Source: Mycobacteriales bacterium (GTDB lineage Bacteria; Actinomycetota; Actinomycetes; Mycobacteriales; CADCTP01). From it: a DNA stretch of 64,000 nucleotides. Positions 7,234 through 16,427 of this stretch are shown here, piece by piece (position 1 is the first letter of the stretch; every line of letters begins with the position of its first letter). Made by a program: the position numbers and the translations under genes. Location: the NCBI GenBank assembly GCA_035995165.1, contig DASYKU010000050.1:3040-67039 (forward strand), given 5' to 3'. The notes under the pieces were generated by a model. It was not told the origin of the DNA and made no database searches. It saw only the letters and a list, made by a program, of their open reading frames with translations.

Positions 7234-8766
7234 ATGCGGACGATTTCCGTCAATGGCGACGGGCTCGCACTCGACGACGTGGTGGACGTGGCCCGGCGGC
7301 GGGCCCGGGCCGAGCTCGGTCCCGAGGTCGCGGCCCGGATGGCGCCGAGCCGGGCCGTGGTCGCCGACGCGGTCGAGCGGGGCGCGGTCGTGTACGGCGT
7401 GAGCACCGGCTTCGGCGCGCTGGCCGACGTCTCGGTCGCCCGCGAGGACCTGGAGACCATGCAGCTGGCGCTGGTCCGCTCGCACGCGGCCGGCACCGGC
7501 GTCCCGCTGCCGCCCGAGGCGGTCCGGGCGCTGCTCCTGCTGCGGGCCCGCACGATCGCGGCCGGCGCGTCCGGCTGCCGGCCCGAGCTGCCGGCCCGGC
7601 TGCTGGACCTGCTGGAGCTGGACCTGCTGCCGGTGGTGCCGTCCAAGGGTTCGGTCGGCGCGTCCGGCGACCTGGCCCAGCTGGCCGCGGTCGCGCTGCC
7701 ACTGGTCGGCGAGGGCCGGCTCAACGGCCGTCCCGCGGCCGAGGTGCTGGCCGAGGCCGGGCTGGAGCCGCTGATCCTGGCGGCCAAGGAGGGGCTGACC
7801 CTCATCAACGGCACCGAGCCGATGCAGGCGCTGCTCGCGCTGGCCGTCGCCGACGCCGAGGGGCTGAGCAGGGCCGCCGACGTGGCCTGCGCGCTGTCGG
7901 TCGAGGCGCTGCTCGGCACGGACCGCGCGTACGACGACCGGGTGATCCGGATCCGTCCGCATGCCGGGCAGCTGGCCAGCGCGGCCAACCTGCGGCGGCT
8001 GCTGGCCGGCAGCCCGTTGCTGGCGTCGCACCGGCACTCGAACCACGCCGTACAGGACCCGTACTCGTTGCGGTGTGCGCCGCAGGTGCACGGTGCCTCC
8101 CGGGACGCCCTGGCGTACTGCCGCGGGGTGGTGGAGGTGGAGCTCTCGTCGATCGTCGACAACCCGGTCGTGGTGCCGGAGGTCGACGGCGACGGGTACG
8201 AGGTCATGTCGACCGGCAACTTCCACGGGCAGCCGCTGGCGTTCGCGGGCGACATGCTCGCGATGGCCGCGGCCGAGCTCGGGAGCATCAGCGAGCGGCG
8301 GGTCTACCGGCTGCTGGATCCGGCGACGTCGCGCGGGCTGCCGCCGTTCCTGGCCGCGAACCCGGGCACGAACTCGGGCTTCATGCTGGCCCAGTACACC
8401 GCCGCGTCGCTGGTGGCCGAGGACAAGGTGCTGGCCCACCCGGCGAGCGTGGACAGCATCCCGACCAGCGGCAACCAGGAGGACCACGTCTCGATGGGCT
8501 GGCACGCCGCCCGCAAGGCCGGCGAGGTCATCGGCAACGTGGCCACGATCCTGGCCGTCGAGCTGCTTTGCGCGGCCCAGGCGATCGACTTGCGGTCGGC
8601 GACGGCCGCTCCCGGTCCGGCCGCCGCGGCGGTGCACGCGCTGATCCGCGAGCACGTCCCGCCGATGTACGTCGACCGCGAGGTCACGCCGCAGATCGAG
8701 GCCGTCCGCGACCTGCTGCCGGCCGTGGTGGCGGCCGCCGAAGCGGTCACCGGCGAGCTCCGGTAG
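7234..8766 (+). CDS. hutH: histidine ammonia-lyase
   Basis: The in-frame ATG 7234 within ORF 6412..8766 gives [11 protein letters not shown]... It carries the MIO-forming [12 protein letters not shown] motif and NQEDHVSMG. Confidence 0.9.
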   Translation: MRTISVNGDGLALDDVVDVARRRARAELGPEVAARMAPSRAVVADAVERGAVVYGVSTGFGALADVSVAREDLETMQLALVRSHAAGTGVPLPPEAVRALLLLRARTIAAGASGCRPELPARLLDLLELDLLPVVPSKGSVGASGDLAQLAAVALPLVGEGRLNGRPAAEVLAEAGLEPLILAAKEGLTLINGTEPMQALLALAVADAEGLSRAADVACALSVEALLGTDRAYDDRVIRIRPHAGQLASAANLRRLLAGSPLLASHRHSNHAVQDPYSLRCAPQVHGASRDALAYCRGVVEVELSSIVDNPVVVPEVDGDGYEVMSTGNFHGQPLAFAGDMLAMAAAELGSISERRVYRLLDPATSRGLPPFLAANPGTNSGFMLAQYTAASLVAEDKVLAHPASVDSIPTSGNQEDHVSMGWHAARKAGEVIGNVATILAVELLCAAQAIDLRSATAAPGPAAAAVHALIREHVPPMYVDREVTPQIEAVRDLLPAVVAAAEAVTGELR

Positions 8767-8785
8767 AAGGGATACGGTCGGATCC

Positions 8786-10669
8786 ATGCAGGGAGCGAGA
8801 GTGGTGCGGGCCCCCCGCGGCCCGGTCCGTACGGCCCGCAGCTGGGGCGCCGAGGCGGCGCTGCGGATGCTGCAGAACAACCTCGACCCGGAGGTGGCCG
8901 AGCGCCCGGACGACCTCGTCGTCTACGGCGGTTCCGGCCGCGCCGCCCGGGACTGGCGGTCGTTCGACGCGATCGTCGAGTCGCTGCGCACGATGGCGCC
9001 GGACGACACGCTGCTGGTTCAGTCGGGCAAGCCGGTCGGCATCGTGCGTACGACCGAGCAGGCGCCGCGCGTTCTCATCGCGAACTCGCTGATCGTCCCC
9101 AAGTGGGCCACCCCCGAGCACTTCCGCGAACTCGAGGACGCCGGCCTGACCATGTACGGGCAGATGACCGCGGGCTCGTGGATCTACATCGGCACCCAGG
9201 GCATCCTGCAGGGGACGTACGCGACCTTCGCCGAGGTGGCGGACCAGCACTTCGGCGGCACCCTGGCCGGCACCGCGACGCTGACCGCCGGACTCGGCGG
9301 CATGGGCGGCGCCCAGCCGCTCGCGGTGACCGGCAACGGCGGCGCGGTGCTCTGCATCGAGGTCGACCCGTCGCGGGCGCAGCGGCGGCTGGACGGCGGC
9401 TTCCTCGACGTGATCGCGGGCTCGCTGGAGGAGGGGCTGGCGCTGGTGCTGGCCGCCAGGCAGGAGCGCCGGGCGCTGTCGGTCGGCGTGATCGCGAACG
9501 CGGCCGAGGTCTTCCCGCAGCTGCAGGCGACCTGTCCGGACATCGACATCGTCACCGACCAGACCTCCGCCCACGACGCCCTGCACGGCTACGTCCCGGC
9601 CGGGATGCCGCTGGCCGACGCGCTGGAGCTGCGCCGGACCAAGCCCGAGGAGTACGTGCGCCGGGCTCAGCAGTCGATGCTCGAGCACTGCGCCGCGATG
9701 GTCGCGTTCGCCCGCGACGGGCGGGTCGTCTTCGACTATGGCAACGGGCTGCGCGGGCAGGCCCAGGACGCCGGGCTCGCGGACGCGTTCTCCTATCCCG
9801 GCTTCGTGCTCGCGTACGTCCGGCCGCTGTTCGCCCGCGGTTCCGGGCCGTTCCGCTGGGCCTGCCTGTCCGGCGACCCGGCCGACCTGGCCGCGACCGA
9901 CAAGGCCGTGCTGGACGCGTTCCCGGACGACGACGGGTTGCAGCGCTGGGTCCGCTTCGCCCAGGCCCGCGTCAAGGGGCAGGGCCTGCCGTCCCGGATC
10001 TGCTGGATCGGGTACGGCGAGCGGCACGTCGCCGGGACCGCGTTCGACGACCTGGTCGCCCGCGGGGTGATCTCGGCGCCGGTGGTGATCGGGCGCGACC
10101 ACCTCGACTCGGGCTCGGTCGCCTCGCCGGAGCGGGAGACCGAGGGGATGCGCGACGGGTCGGACGCGATCGCCGACTGGCCGATCCTCAACGCGCTGGT
10201 CAACACGGCGTCCGGGGCGTCCTGGGTGTCGGTGCACCACGGCGGCGGGGTCGGCATCGGCAAGTCGATCCACGCCGGGCTCGTGGTCGTGGCGGAGGGG
10301 ACGCCGGCCTCGCGGGAGCGGGTCGAGCGGGTGCTCACCAACGACCCCGGCACCGGGGTGCTCCGGCACGCCGACGCCGGCTACGAGATCGCCGAGTCCA
10401 CCGCCCGCGACGTCGGCATCCGCATCCCCCTCCAGCCGGGCACCCACGCCCCTTCCTGGCAGACCCCGGATCCGGCGGCCGGCGTACCGGACGCCGCGGG
10501 CGGCTCGGGTAGCGCCAGCTCACCGTCCGGCGGATCCGGCCGGGCGGCCGGCTCGGGTGCGGCGGCCGGGACGGGTGGGGCGGCCGGGACGGGTGCGGCC
10601 GCCGGGACGGGTGCGGCGGCCGGCTCGGGGGCCGGGGGACCGGGCGGCGACCGCCCGGGGGCGGAGTAG
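8786..10669 (+). CDS. hutU: urocanate hydratase with an unusual Gly/Ala-rich C-terminal extension of about 70 aa
   Basis: ORF 8786..10669. Family segments include [24 protein letters not shown] and [18 protein letters not shown]. The tail is AAG(S/T)G(A/G) x5. Confidence 0.9.
   Translation: MQGARVVRAPRGPVRTARSWGAEAALRMLQNNLDPEVAERPDDLVVYGGSGRAARDWRSFDAIVESLRTMAPDDTLLVQSGKPVGIVRTTEQAPRVLIANSLIVPKWATPEHFRELEDAGLTMYGQMTAGSWIYIGTQGILQGTYATFAEVADQHFGGTLAGTATLTAGLGGMGGAQPLAVTGNGGAVLCIEVDPSRAQRRLDGGFLDVIAGSLEEGLALVLAARQERRALSVGVIANAAEVFPQLQATCPDIDIVTDQTSAHDALHGYVPAGMPLADALELRRTKPEEYVRRAQQSMLEHCAAMVAFARDGRVVFDYGNGLRGQAQDAGLADAFSYPGFVLAYVRPLFARGSGPFRWACLSGDPADLAATDKAVLDAFPDDDGLQRWVRFAQARVKGQGLPSRICWIGYGERHVAGTAFDDLVARGVISAPVVIGRDHLDSGSVASPERETEGMRDGSDAIADWPILNALVNTASGASWVSVHHGGGVGIGKSIHAGLVVVAEGTPASRERVERVLTNDPGTGVLRHADAGYEIAESTARDVGIRIPLQPGTHAPSWQTPDPAAGVPDAAGGSGSASSPSGGSGRAAGSGAAAGTGGAAGTGAAAGTGAAAGSGAGGPGGDRPGAE
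10543..10632 (+). repeat. five tandem 18-bp units (GGCGGCCGGGACGGGTGS and variants) inside the hutU 3' end
   Basis: Units run 10543-10560, 10561-10578, 10579-10596, 10597-10614 and 10615-10632. They are in frame and encode the hexapeptide repeat. Confidence 0.85.
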
Positions 10670-11865
10670 TGCCTCCGGCGGGCGACGTGCTGATCCGGCG
10701 GGCGGGCCGGGTGGTGACCAACAACGGTGACCCGCTCGACGGCCCGGCCGCCGTCTCCGTACGCAACGGCGTCGTCGCCTGGGTCGGTCCCGACGACCGC
10801 GTCCCCTGGACGATCACCGACGCCCCCGAGCTCGACGCCGGCGGCGCCTGCGTGCTGCCCGGCTTCGTCGACCCGCACACGCACGCCCTGTGGGCCGGCT
10901 CCCGCCGGGACGAGTACGCGGCCCGTCTGGCCGGCGAGCGCTACGACGGCGGCGGCATCGCCTCGACCGTCGCCGCCACCACCGCCGCCACCGACGACGA
11001 GCTGCTGGAGCTGGCCGCGGCCCGGCTCGCCCGGATGGCCGCGAACGGCACCACCACGGTCGAGGTGAAGACCGGCTACGGCCTGGACCCCGCGGCCGAG
11101 CTGCGCCTGCTCGGCCTGGTCCGGCGGCTGGCCGAGCGCACCCCGCTGCGGGTCGAGCCGACCCTGCTCGCGCACGTGGTCCCGCCGGGGGTCGACCGGG
11201 CCGCGCACGTCGCCGCCCTCGCGGCCGCCCTGCCGGCGGCGAAGGCAGCCGGCGCCCGCTGGATCGACGTGTTCTGCGACCGCGGCGCGTTCACCGTCGA
11301 GGAGGCCCGGACCCTGCTCGCGGCCGGGACGAGCGCCGGGCTCGGCGGCCGCCTGCACGCCGAGCAGCTCACCCGCACCGGCGCCGCCGCGCTGGCCGCC
11401 GAGTGCGGCTGCGCTTCCGCCGACCACCTGGAGCACGTCGACGAACCCGGCGCCAAGGCGATGGCGGCGGCCGGCGTGACCGGCGTCCTGCTGCCGACCG
11501 CGACCCTGTCCACCGGCGGGTCCTGGGACAACGCCCGGATCCTGCGCGACGCCGGCGTCACCCTCGCCCTCGGCACCGACTGCAACCCCGGTACGTCCTG
11601 GTGCGAGTCCGTTCCGTACGCGCTGCAGCTCGCCGCTCCGCTGCTCGGCCTTTCGGTGTCCGAGGCGATCCGGGCCGCGACCGTCGGGGGAGCGGCCGCG
11701 CTGCGACGGCCCGACCTCGGAGTGCTCAAGCTCAACGCCCCCGGTGACCTGGTCGTACTGGAGGCCGAGCACGAGGCTGACCTGCTCGCGCACCTCGGCG
11801 CGCCGGCTGTCCGGACCACGATCGTGGGCGGTGTCCCGGTCTCCGGAGCCCGGACCATCCACTGA
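10669..11865 (+). CDS. hutI: imidazolonepropionase
   Basis: The GTG start overlaps the hutU TAG by 1 nt. It has the FVDPHTHALWAG metal-binding motif and an amidohydrolase fold pattern (ADHLEH, LGTDCNPG). Confidence 0.9.
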   Translation: MPPAGDVLIRRAGRVVTNNGDPLDGPAAVSVRNGVVAWVGPDDRVPWTITDAPELDAGGACVLPGFVDPHTHALWAGSRRDEYAARLAGERYDGGGIASTVAATTAATDDELLELAAARLARMAANGTTTVEVKTGYGLDPAAELRLLGLVRRLAERTPLRVEPTLLAHVVPPGVDRAAHVAALAAALPAAKAAGARWIDVFCDRGAFTVEEARTLLAAGTSAGLGGRLHAEQLTRTGAAALAAECGCASADHLEHVDEPGAKAMAAAGVTGVLLPTATLSTGGSWDNARILRDAGVTLALGTDCNPGTSWCESVPYALQLAAPLLGLSVSEAIRAATVGGAAALRRPDLGVLKLNAPGDLVVLEAEHEADLLAHLGAPAVRTTIVGGVPVSGARTIH

Positions 11866-11924
11866 CGCACCCGGGCAGGCCTACTGTGGTCGGTCGGGGT
11901 CCGGGTCGGGTGGGAGGGAACGGG

Positions 11925-13019
11925 ATGCGAACGCTGCCCGTGACGGGTATGGGGGACAAGCTGCGGTTGGCCGGGTTCTTCGGCCGGCTCGCGGTGAAGG
12001 AGCACCTGGCGCCACGGCTGCACGTCCGGCCGCTGGTCGCCGAGCTGTTCCTCACCGACAACTGCAATCTGAAGTGTGTGAGCTGCGCCTGCTGGCGGAC
12101 CGTGACGCGCTCGGAGCTGGACGGCGCCGAGTGGCGGGACGCGATCGATCAGATCGCCGGACTCGGCATCGTGAAGGCGAACTTCACCGGCGGTGAGCCG
12201 TTGCTGCGGCGCGACGCCCCGGAGCTGATGGCGTACGCGCGGGATGCGGGGATCCGTTCCCTGCACCTGAACACCAACGCGATCCTGCTCGACGACCGCC
12301 GGCTCAACGCCGTGCTGGACGCCGGGATCCGCAGCGTCAACGTCTCCGTCGACGGCCCGGACGCCGCGCAGCACGACAAGATCCGCGGCAAGGAGGGGGC
12401 GTTCGACAAGACGATCGACGCGCTGGAGCGGCTGATCGCGCACCGGGACGAGCTGAACCTCCGGGTCCGGATGAACTACACAGTGATGCGATCGACCGTC
12501 GCCGCGTTGCCGGAGATCATGCGGCTCGCGCAGCGGCTGCGAGTGCAGCTGTATCTCAACCTCGCGACCGATCACACGTTCCTGTTCCGGGACGGGCAGG
12601 TCTCGATCGAGTCCCGGGTCGACCGGCAGGCGGTCGACACCGCGCTGGCCGAGGTCGAGGGGGTGCTGCGGGCCGACCACCGGTTCGTGCCGCGCTACTC
12701 GGAGCTGTCCTACATGCGCGGGCACTTCGACGACCTGCTGCAGCGGCCGCTGCCGTGCGCGGAATCGCAGCTCAAGCTGATGGTGCACTCGACCGGGCAG
12801 GTCGGCGGCTGCTGGGGCCACGACGCGAAGGACAACGTGCGGACGACGCCGCTGGCCGAGATCGTGGCGAGCACGCAGTACAGGGACGAGCACGAGCGGT
12901 TCTTCCGCAAGGAGTGCGTCGGCTGCGGCAGCAACTACGCGCTGAACCTGGCCTGGCGTCCTCGGACGTACGCGGCCGACGTGCTGTGGCGGGCCGGCCG
13001 CCGGTCGCTGGCGGCATGA
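11925..13019 (+). CDS. radical SAM protein (PqqE/MoaA-like core with a Cys-containing, twitch/SPASM-like C-terminus)
   Basis: ORF 11886..13019, start set at ATG 11925 after GGGAGGGAA. The CX3CX2C motif is DNCNLKCVSC. Other motifs are FTGGEPLL, NTNAILL and VSVDGPD..HDKIRG, with C-terminal cysteines PCAES..GGCWG..ECVGCGS. Confidence 0.8.
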   Translation: MRTLPVTGMGDKLRLAGFFGRLAVKEHLAPRLHVRPLVAELFLTDNCNLKCVSCACWRTVTRSELDGAEWRDAIDQIAGLGIVKANFTGGEPLLRRDAPELMAYARDAGIRSLHLNTNAILLDDRRLNAVLDAGIRSVNVSVDGPDAAQHDKIRGKEGAFDKTIDALERLIAHRDELNLRVRMNYTVMRSTVAALPEIMRLAQRLRVQLYLNLATDHTFLFRDGQVSIESRVDRQAVDTALAEVEGVLRADHRFVPRYSELSYMRGHFDDLLQRPLPCAESQLKLMVHSTGQVGGCWGHDAKDNVRTTPLAEIVASTQYRDEHERFFRKECVGCGSNYALNLAWRPRTYAADVLWRAGRRSLAA

Positions 13020-13786
13020 GGCCGAGCGCGCCGCTCTACGACGCGCTGGCCGCGGACTACGACGCGCACTTCGCCGTGCCGCACCGGCGGGCGTACGACG
13101 ACCTGGCCTGGGAGGCGTGCGCGGCGCTGGTCCCGCGGGCGGCGACCGTGGTCGACGTCGGCTGCGGGGTCGGCCGCTGGGCCGCCCGGCTGGTCGCGGC
13201 CGGCCACCGGGTGATCGGTGTGGAACCCGCGCCGGGCATGGCGGCGCACGCCCGGGCGCGGCTGGCCGGGACGGACTTCGCCCTGCTGGAGACGGGCGTC
13301 GAGCAGGCGCAGCTGCCGGCCGGCGGCGCCGACGTGGTCCTCGCGATGGGCTCCCTGCAGTACGCCGCGGATCCGGTCGCGGCGATCGCGCGGTGCGCGG
13401 AGTGGGTCCGGCCCGGCGGCGCGGTCTGTGTGCTGGTCGACTCCCGCCAGGCGCTCGTGCTGGAACTGCTTGCCGCCGGTCGGCCGGACGAGGCCCTGCA
13501 GCGACTGCACACCAGGCGCGGCCGCTGGCAGGTCGACGGGTACGCGGCCGACATGCACCTGCTCGACGCGGCCGAACTGGCCGCAGCCGCCCACGCCGCC
13601 GGCCTGATGGTCGACCGGGTCGCCGGCCTGCTCGTCGGCGCGTCCGTGCACGGTCGCCGCGACCTGCAGACCCGCCTCCAACGCGACTACGCCGCCCAGC
13701 TCACCCACGAGCGCCGCCTCGCCGCCGAACCGTCCCTCGCCGACCTCGGCAAGCAACTCCTCCTCACTGCCCACCGCCCCACCTGA
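13016..13786 (+). CDS. class I SAM-dependent methyltransferase
   Basis: ATG 13016 overlaps the radical-SAM TGA as an ATGA junction. It has the VVDVGCGVGRW SAM motif and VRPGGAVCVLV. Confidence 0.75.
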   Translation: MRPSAPLYDALAADYDAHFAVPHRRAYDDLAWEACAALVPRAATVVDVGCGVGRWAARLVAAGHRVIGVEPAPGMAAHARARLAGTDFALLETGVEQAQLPAGGADVVLAMGSLQYAADPVAAIARCAEWVRPGGAVCVLVDSRQALVLELLAAGRPDEALQRLHTRRGRWQVDGYAADMHLLDAAELAAAAHAAGLMVDRVAGLLVGASVHGRRDLQTRLQRDYAAQLTHERRLAAEPSLADLGKQLLLTAHRPT

Positions 13787-13808
13787 GCGGACGGCCGCCC
13801 GTCCGTGG

Positions 13809-15866
13809 TCAGCGTCGGGCGGTGGCCAGGGCGGTGAGCACGGCGGTGGTGACGCGGTCGGCTTGCAGGGGTGAGATCTCCGAGGACATCGGCAGGGCGA
13901 GCGCCTCGCGACCGAGCTGGTCGGACACCGGCAGCGGCCCGGCCGTCTCCGCGTATCCGCGCCAGTCGTGCCAGTGCAGCGGGGGAGCGTAGTACGGCTT
14001 CGTGGCCACCCCGAGCCGCAGCAGTTCGGCCGCCAGCCGGTCCCGGTCGACGTCGCCGAACCGGGCCACCCAGTGCACCCAGGCGTGCTCGTCCCCGTCC
14101 GCGGCCCGGTGCGGCACGACCCCGAGAGCGGTGCCGATCTCCGCGTACCGAGCCGCCACGTCCCGGCGCCGCGCGACGAGCAGGTCGAGGTCGGCGAGCA
14201 GGTCCAGCGCCGCGATCGCCGCGGTCTCCACCATCGGCACCGAGCGGAGCCAGTCCATCGGCGTCCGCAGCCGCTCGACCGCCTCCCGCGGCAGCACCAG
14301 CGCACCGCCGCCCCCGCCGGCCGAGAGCACCTTGGCGAAACTCAACGAGTACGAATGCGCAGCGGCCTGCGTCGCGACCGGACGGCCCTGATGGCTGGCG
14401 CCGAGCGCCGCGGCGGAGTCCGCGACCAGCGGCACCCCGGCGTCGGCGCAGACCTTGGTCAGCGCGGCGTAGTCGGCCGGCGCGCCCAGCGTGTCCACCG
14501 CGACCACGACGCTCACGTCGCCGGGCTCCAGCGCGGTCGCGAGCGAGGCCGGGTCCATCGTCCAGGTGTCCGGCCGCACGTCGCAGAACCGCAGCGTGTA
14601 GCCGAGCTGCGCGAGCATCTCGCCGGTCGCCGCGAACGTGAACGACGGCAGCACGGCCACGTCCCCGAACCCGACCGGCCCGGCGATCGCCTGCACGGCC
14701 AGCCGCAGCGCGGCCGAGCCCGAGGCCGTGACCAGCAGCGCCGACTCGGGCGGCAGGTCCAGCGCCTCCCGCAGCCCCTCGGTCAGCGCCGACGCCCACG
14801 GGCCGCCCTTGACGCTGCCGGTCTCCAGACAGGCCTGGGTCCGGTACGCCACCTCGTCCGGCCGGCGCGGCCTCGGCGGCAGCACCACCGGCAGCGCCGG
14901 CGCGAACGCCGGCAGCTCCTCGTCGGCCAGCCGGCCCACGAACGACCGCAGCTCCCGCTCCAGCCGGGCCGCCCCGTCGCCGGCCCCGAGCCGCCGCACG
15001 AACTCCGCGGTGTCGATCCGCCCGCAGACGTCGACGGTCGGCGGCGGCGCGATCGCCACCGGCGCATCCAGCCCGAGCGTGTCCAGCACCAGGCCGGCCA
15101 GCTCCACCAGCGGCAGCACCGCGAGCCCGGCGTCGAGCGTCCCGGCGCCGCCGTCGAGCACCACTCGCGCCAGGTCGTCCACCGGCAGGAACGTCCGGAC
15201 GGCGTCGGTGACGGCCAGCGGCAGCCCCGCCAGCGCGCGCCGGCTCAGCTGGGCCACGACCCGGTCCTGCCCCGGTCCGAACAGGTTCGCCGCCCGCAGC
15301 ACGCTCAGCCGGTCGGGCGGGACCACCGTGCGGACGAGCAGCTCCTGGGCCCGTTTGGCCAACCCGTAGACCCAGCGGCCGGTCGGGTCGGCCGCGGCCA
15401 GCTCGCGGCAGAGCTCCGCCACCTGCCAGGGCGGACACGGCCGCCGGGCCAGCACGCGCAGCTCGTCGCACCAGGCCCCGATCGCGGCGTCGTCCAGCGG
15501 GAGCCCGTCCTGGGCCGCGCCGTACACCTCGACGGACGAGATGAGAACCACCTCGCGACCGGCCAGCGCCGGCAGCAGCCGGGCGGTGGTCACCACGTTG
15601 TCCAGCACGAGCCGCCACGGGTCGCCCGCGCGCGGATCGCTGCCTCCGGATGCCAGCACGACCAGGCCGTCAGGCAGCTCCATCGGATCGATGAGCAGAT
15701 CGACACCACGCTGGTCCACCGTCGCCGGTAGGCGTGGCGACACCGCCCGGAGACGATCCATCGACGTCACCGGTCGTCCTGCGACCGCGGCCCGGCGCCC
15801 CACCGCCGAGCCCAGGAATCCGGCGCCGCCCACGACGGTCACCGCCCCGCACTCCATCCCCCGCAC
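13809..15866 (-). CDS. fusion protein: N-terminal NAD-dependent epimerase/dehydratase (extended SDR) plus C-terminal DegT/DnrJ/EryC1/StrS-family aminotransferase
   Basis: ORF 13809..15866, 685 aa. The SDR half has VVGGAGFLGS (GxxGxxG) and YGLAK (YxxxK). The DegT-like half has LVTASGSAALRL and the PLP-lysine context HSYSLSFAKVLSAGGGGGA. The start could instead be ATG 15857. Confidence 0.75.
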   Translation of the reverse strand: MRGMECGAVTVVGGAGFLGSAVGRRAAVAGRPVTSMDRLRAVSPRLPATVDQRGVDLLIDPMELPDGLVVLASGGSDPRAGDPWRLVLDNVVTTARLLPALAGREVVLISSVEVYGAAQDGLPLDDAAIGAWCDELRVLARRPCPPWQVAELCRELAAADPTGRWVYGLAKRAQELLVRTVVPPDRLSVLRAANLFGPGQDRVVAQLSRRALAGLPLAVTDAVRTFLPVDDLARVVLDGGAGTLDAGLAVLPLVELAGLVLDTLGLDAPVAIAPPPTVDVCGRIDTAEFVRRLGAGDGAARLERELRSFVGRLADEELPAFAPALPVVLPPRPRRPDEVAYRTQACLETGSVKGGPWASALTEGLREALDLPPESALLVTASGSAALRLAVQAIAGPVGFGDVAVLPSFTFAATGEMLAQLGYTLRFCDVRPDTWTMDPASLATALEPGDVSVVVAVDTLGAPADYAALTKVCADAGVPLVADSAAALGASHQGRPVATQAAAHSYSLSFAKVLSAGGGGGALVLPREAVERLRTPMDWLRSVPMVETAAIAALDLLADLDLLVARRRDVAARYAEIGTALGVVPHRAADGDEHAWVHWVARFGDVDRDRLAAELLRLGVATKPYYAPPLHWHDWRGYAETAGPLPVSDQLGREALALPMSSEISPLQADRVTTAVLTALATARR

Positions 15867-15974
15867 CTCCCCAGGTCCCGACCCCCGGGAGACAACCTAA
15901 CCGGTGGCCAGGCGTACGGGACCTATTTGTTACATACCTGCACGCCCCGGCGGAGATCCACCTAGTGTGTCCCG

Positions 15975-16427
15975 GTGCGTCGCATCCTGCTGGTCTCCTC
16001 CAGTGGCGGGGTCCTGCCCGACCTGCTGGCCCTGGAGCCGTGGTGGGGCCGGTACGACGTGAGCTGGGTTGCCGTGGACGCGCCCGACACGCGCGAGCTG
16101 CTGGCCGGCTATCCGGTCCGCTGGCTCGACGAGCTGAGCCCGAGCCGCCCGGACCGTGTCCTGGCCGCCGTCCCGACCGCCCGGGCCCACCTCCGAGCCG
16201 GTCGCGTCGACGTGGTCGTCTCTGCAGGCAGCGGGATTGCGGTGCCCTGGTTCCTCGCCGCCCGCGCCACCGGCGTACGGGCCGTTTGGGTGGAGACGTT
16301 CAACATCGTTGATCGGGCCGGGCTGGCGGCGCGGCTCTGCGCCCGGCTCGCGGACCAGGTCGTCGTCCAGCGCGCGCAGCTGCTGACCCGGCACCGAGCC
16401 GCGGTCAACGTCGGGGAGCTGTGGTGA
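15975..16427 (+). CDS. Alg14-like oligosaccharide biosynthesis protein (membrane/anchor subunit of a split glycosyltransferase)
   Basis: ORF 15975..16427. It starts RILLVSSSGGVLPDLLAL and contains VVVSAGSGIAVPWF and VWVETFNIVDRAGLAARL, which match the Alg14/PssD family layout. Confidence 0.7.
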   Translation: MRRILLVSSSGGVLPDLLALEPWWGRYDVSWVAVDAPDTRELLAGYPVRWLDELSPSRPDRVLAAVPTARAHLRAGRVDVVVSAGSGIAVPWFLAARATGVRAVWVETFNIVDRAGLAARLCARLADQVVVQRAQLLTRHRAAVNVGELW

